Positions 59,413 through 64,000 of a DNA stretch of 64,000 nucleotides are shown one piece after another (the stretch's first letter is position 1; every line of letters starts with the position of its first letter). The stretch is from the NCBI RefSeq assembly GCF_009914755.1, contig NC_060929.1; one strand, 5' to 3'. The translations under genes were made by a program, and so were the position numbers. The DNA is from the human T2T-CHM13v2.0 reference genome, Homo sapiens. The notes beneath the pieces were generated by a model, which saw only the letters and a program-made list of their open reading frames with translations, had not been told where the DNA came from and ran no database searches.

Positions 59413-61189
59413 ATAGTTATAAAAGCCAAAGGTATGTCTGCACTGTTTTATATATATTCATTTTAATTTAAAATGTGTGGAATTGGCCACTTGTCTGACT
59501 TTTCTCTCTACTAAATAAAAATAAATACTATTTACTCATACTTTTCTATTTCTGCTGTTCATCTGGTGTCAAAGTTCACATGAAAAGAGAAATGGTAAAT
59601 TATATATTACGGAATACAGGAAATCTTCAAGTATTATGCTCTCCAATTATACCATAATTACAAGACGATAAGGGTAGGAATTTTAACTATCTCAATGTCT
59701 GTGCCCCTGTTTGTTCTCTTAGCTTTCTCTCCCTTAGTAGAAAAAATGATGCAAGAACTTTAAGCAAACCTGTCACTCCTATGAAATTCAAATTCTAATC
59801 CAAAAATTTCTTTAAAGTGGCCCCTTAAAATGCTTCAGGCCACATATATAAACAAAGTATAGCTGGAACTTGCGAAAAGTAGCATAGAATGTCTAGTCCA
59901 CAAGACTCTTAAATTCGAAAAATGTACATGAGCTAGGTAATAAAAACTTTTCACTTCCTAAATATCACGACTTAAGATTTCTTCTTTCCTGAAAATACTA
60001 AGTACATTTTATTTATATATTTCTAAAGGGAAAGCTAGAACACCAGACAGGTAAATTAAAGCATGTTATAATCATCTACTTATGTATTTGCAAAAGCATC
60101 AAATCTGTTATAAAATAAATCAATTCCCCTTAGGAAATTTATTTAAAAGATGAGAATCACTTTTTAAGAAAGCATATGCTGTATTGATTTACATTGTTAA
60201 TATATTTAACTCTACAACTATAGATATTATGTATTAGTCAAGACACACATGAATTTTCATTTTAACAATAAAATCTCCCTAAGGCAATAGAATTCAGAAA
60301 TAAAGACAGTTACAGAAAGCCCATTCTTCTCCTTTCCATTGGCTAAATTCCTCTTCTCCTCAAATCAGCCATCCCTTGAAATAAGAAAAGCAAGAGAAAT
60401 TTATAAACTGAGAGTGGCATGATAGAAGATAAACAGTAGGGAAACATATAACTACCAGAGCAGCATATCGTGACCTTTTCCACATCATAGCACATATAGG
60501 AAAATATAATATTTGTAGGGCACACTGCAGTAAGCTGAGAATGATTACGGCTAGAGGGAATTCTATTAATTCTAGCCTCCTAAGGCCCAATCAGACCATG
60601 TGAAGGGCCACAGGAAGCAAAATCTCAGACATATCCATCACTCATTTGTAGTATACCCACTGTGTGCTCTGACACTGGGAATAGTTAAGCTAGAGGATTT
60701 TTATGTTCATCTACAACATGGAAAATTGGAAAAAGGAATACTGAATTTTCTATATCTTACACCTTAGAATAAGCAGGTTGGTTTTCCCCAGGATTCCCTA
60801 ATACTTGTGATCCATATGGGAGCATTACTTCCAGACCTCATATTTATAAATAATTATATTCCTGAAAAGGTACTGTGTTGAAAATGTTATAATTTAAGTG
60901 CATTTTTTCCCAGTACACATATTTTACCAGAGACGTTAATGTATTGAGACCAAGTTCAAGACCACTAATAATTCAGTATGCTACAACAACCATTTAATTC
61001 ACTTATTTTATATAAAAGAACTACTAACCCCATATATCTTTGTTTAAAGTGGTTATAAACAAATAGACAAGACCATATGTAACTAATACCATGAAATCAT
61101 ATATAACATGTATGTGCCTCTATAATTCCTCGGTCTTAATATCAGAAATTGGATAAACCTGCTTTGGGAAGAAAAGAATTAATACTGGC

Positions 61190-62865
61190 CAGATTTACCC
61201 TTTTGCCCAAAACAACCAAAGAAAGAAAAATATATCTTAAGCAATGGTTTTCAAGACACATCAGTGATTCCCAGATAAATAGGAAAAAAAAATAGTCCCC
61301 AAGATTTTCTCAGTTTGCTGCCTGGAGAGCATATCCTGATCATAGGACAAGGAAGAAGAACCCCAGGCAGAGCCCAGTAATTTCCCTCAGATGAGCAGAT
61401 GGATCTGGAAGTCTGAAGAGACCAAGGTGGCCAAAATTCATTAGGTGGAGTACCAAAAAGGATAGAGTTATGAAGATAAAGTACTCTAGAAATCTACAGA
61501 AGATCATCACATGCATATGAGGAAGCTACCTAATATCTAAGAAAGAACCACCTGAAAGTATTAAGGGAACAAATCCCTTAGCCAGTGTGAAAAAACTCAT
61601 AATTCAGATATATCAAGTGAAGGACTCAGAACTGGTTTAAAATCAGCCCCACAGAAAACTTTGTCCCGGCCTCACTTAACAAAACGTAAAAGCAAGTCCC
61701 CAAATGAACAAAATGTTTCCAAGTAACTTAACTGCATCATATAACAAAGCCCAAATATATTTATAGAAATACAAACATATCCAGCACCTAAGAAAATAAA
61801 ATCTACAAAGTCTGGCATCCAGTAAAAAATTACTAGCCATGCAAAAAAGCAATAAAATATGAACCATAATGAGAAGAAAAACCAAGCAGGCAAAATCAGC
61901 CCAATTTACAAACTGAATGTCATCAAAACTAAAAACTTCTGCTCTTCAAAAACACACCACTGCAAGAATGAAAAACAAGACACAGACTGGGAAAAACATT
62001 TGTAACTTACATATCTGATGAAGGATTTTTATCTAAAATGCATAAAAAACTCTCAAAGCACAATAACACAAGCAAATTAAAAATGGGCAAAATATTTAAG
62101 CACATACCAAAGTAGACAATCACAAAATCCATATGACAATAACCCCACTATCATTAATAATTAGAGAAATGCAAATTGAAACTACAATAAGATATCAGTA
62201 TGTACCTATTAGGATGAAACTCTCAAACTGTGAAATGAACAATGGTACAATGGCTTTAAAATGTTTTGGTAGTTTCTGAAAAAGTGAAACATACACTTAA
62301 GATATGATCCAGCCATTCTACTTCAGGGCATTTACCCAGGAGAAATAAGGCAACTGTCCACACCAAGACTTATACATGAATGTTTAAGCAACTGTACTTA
62401 TAATTGCCAGAAACTAGAAATAATCCAAATGCCCATTTGGACAAATAAATTCTGATATAAACATACAATGAAATACTGCTTCTTTGTAAAAGGGGATTGA
62501 TTATTGGGCACATAACAAAGTGGATGAATTTCAAAATTATTATGGTGAGGGAAGGTAGCCAAACAAAAAGCACATACCCTGTAATTTCATTTACATAAAA
62601 TTCTGGCAAATGCTGACTAATCTACAGTGACAGAAAACAGATCAATTGTTGTCTGGGATAAGAAAAAACAGAAATGGATTAAAACAAGTCATTATGAAAG
62701 GTCAAAAGAAAATTCTGGGGTGTGATGTGTTCAGTATTTTGATTATGGAGATGGTTTTACAGGTATATAAATATGTCAAAACTTATCAAATTGTACATTT
62801 TATGTAACTGCTGTTACAGTATGTCAATTAAACCTCAATACAGCTCTTAAGATTTTTAAAATCAA
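61190..62865 (+). mobile_element. L1ME-type element: 5' region joined at about 61905 to the ORF2 end and 3'UTR
   Basis: 5' motifs ('cagatttaccct', 'gcctggagag', 'gtctggcatccagtaaaaaattactagccatgcaaa') then 'catcaaaactaaaaacttctgctcttc'...'atgtcaattaaacctcaata'. Confidence 0.65.
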
Positions 62866-62947
62866 ACAAAAGAAACATTTATTTTGGGATTTGAATATTA
62901 TTGTATTAGGAATTTTACTAGAATAAAAACCTTTGTGTTTTCCATAC

Positions 62948-63119
62948 CTTGACTAACTTCTTCCCAGGGTGAAGAAGTGATTTGTTTGATTGGTGAACTT
63001 CAGAGAAGAAAATTGTTCTGGTGGCTCAGCTCCTTCTGGATTCCCTCTTCCCGGATCTGCCTCCCACAGAGAGTATTCACTCTGGTCTTCCCTATGGCGT
63101 GCAGCAACAAACCTGGACT
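62948..63119 (-). other. Candidate spliced, probably non-coding internal exon (172 nt)
   Basis: Minus strand: 'tatttatgtatttttttaag|AGTCCAGG...TAGTCAAG|gtatgg'; GC-richer than flanks and not recognised as a repeat; stops in all three frames. Confidence 0.45.
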
Positions 63120-63167
63120 CTTAAAAAAATACATAAATAGCTCATATTATTTGCAATGAAATTTGCC

Positions 63168-63275
63168 CTTATTTATTTAACAAATATTTTCAAGTACTCA
63201 TTATGTATCATACATCGTTCCAAGCTTGAGAGATAGTACAGAGATTGTATTCTACCTTCATGAATACATTCTAAC
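63168..63275 (-). mobile_element. L2 3' end fragment
   Basis: 'tttatttaacaaatattttcaagtactcattatgtatca...ctaccttcatgaatacattcta'. Confidence 0.55.
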
Positions 63276-63458
63276 TGCAAGTGATTGACTGAATTATTGG
63301 ACCCAGTACTTCAGCATTTCTTATTTCTACCTAATTTTCCTTCCTTTATTTAGAAAAAGAAACAGTAATGAATATGTTGCATACCATCATTTCTTAGTTC
63401 CTCTGACTACAGCCCTCCGTTTGTACTCTTCCCTTGGTCTATGTCAGTGTTAATAAAA

Positions 63459-63645
63459 GAGTTGGTCTCAAACTTCATTGTGAAACCAATTAACCTAATT
63501 GTCTTGTTAAAACACAATTAATGGAACCTATACCTAGAATATTTGATTCAATAGATCTGGAGTGGAATGCAAGAATTTGCATTTTTAACAAGTTTCCAGG
63601 TGACACTAATGCTGCTGATCATGGAACACACATTGAGAGCCGCTG
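63459..63645. mobile_element. MER5A hAT DNA transposon relic
   Basis: 'tgattcaatagatctggagtgg..tgcaagaatttgcatttttaacaagtttccaggtgacactaatgctgctg...cacattgagagccgctg'. Confidence 0.85.
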
Positions 63646-64000
63646 TGTTAGAGGCAAGTCTACAGGTGCTCCTAGGAATTTAAGGCGAAGTTGAAGCTTA
63701 TGAAAGAAAGACTTAGACTGCTGTCAGAGCTGGCCCTACTCCTCCAGACTGTCTCCTATTGGAGCACTTTTCTAAAAATACCTTGATAACTCATGGTTTT
63801 TTTTTTCCTAAAAGGAGGTTAGTTCTTTAAATGTTTACTACCTACAAAGGTCATTATTGCTGACTCCAATGTGTTTTTTTTTTTGGATTTTTCGTGCCTT
63901 CTTTAATATATGTTAAATTCTGATACATAAATGGTTGTTTCTAAATTATTCTATTCCACTGGTCTGTTAGTTCTTGATCCCAAACCTGCTAAAATCACAT

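Overview
Primate genomic DNA, most likely catarrhine/hominoid given AluY, a young L1PA3/4-type 3' end and an ERV9 LTR12. It is AT-rich and made up mostly of nested retroelements. I find no intact protein-coding gene, RNA gene, CRISPR array or prokaryote-type system; nearly all track ORFs are incidental reading frames inside L1, Alu, LTR or microsatellite DNA. Main content: two near-full-length dead L1s (L1MA4-like at about 641-7810; L1PA7-like at 41660-48225), many older or nested L1 fragments, about ten Alu copies or fragments, MaLR LTRs (THE1/MST/MLT1), solo ERV LTRs (LTR22, MER9, LTR12) and DNA transposon relics (Tigger3, MER5A). There are three retrocopies with target-site duplications (TSDs): RPL23A, RPL18 and a 35-nt U2 snRNA fragment. 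The best leads are modest: a candidate minus-strand non-coding exon (62948-63119) in a window with strong plus-strand L1/Alu bias, an RPL18 retrocopy that has regained a 207-codon ORF right next to an LTR12, self-templated rearrangements inside both long L1s, and an RPL23A retrocopy with a 5' extension. Subfamily names come from my recollection of consensus sequences and need RepeatMasker/Dfam confirmation; boundaries without a TSD are approximate.
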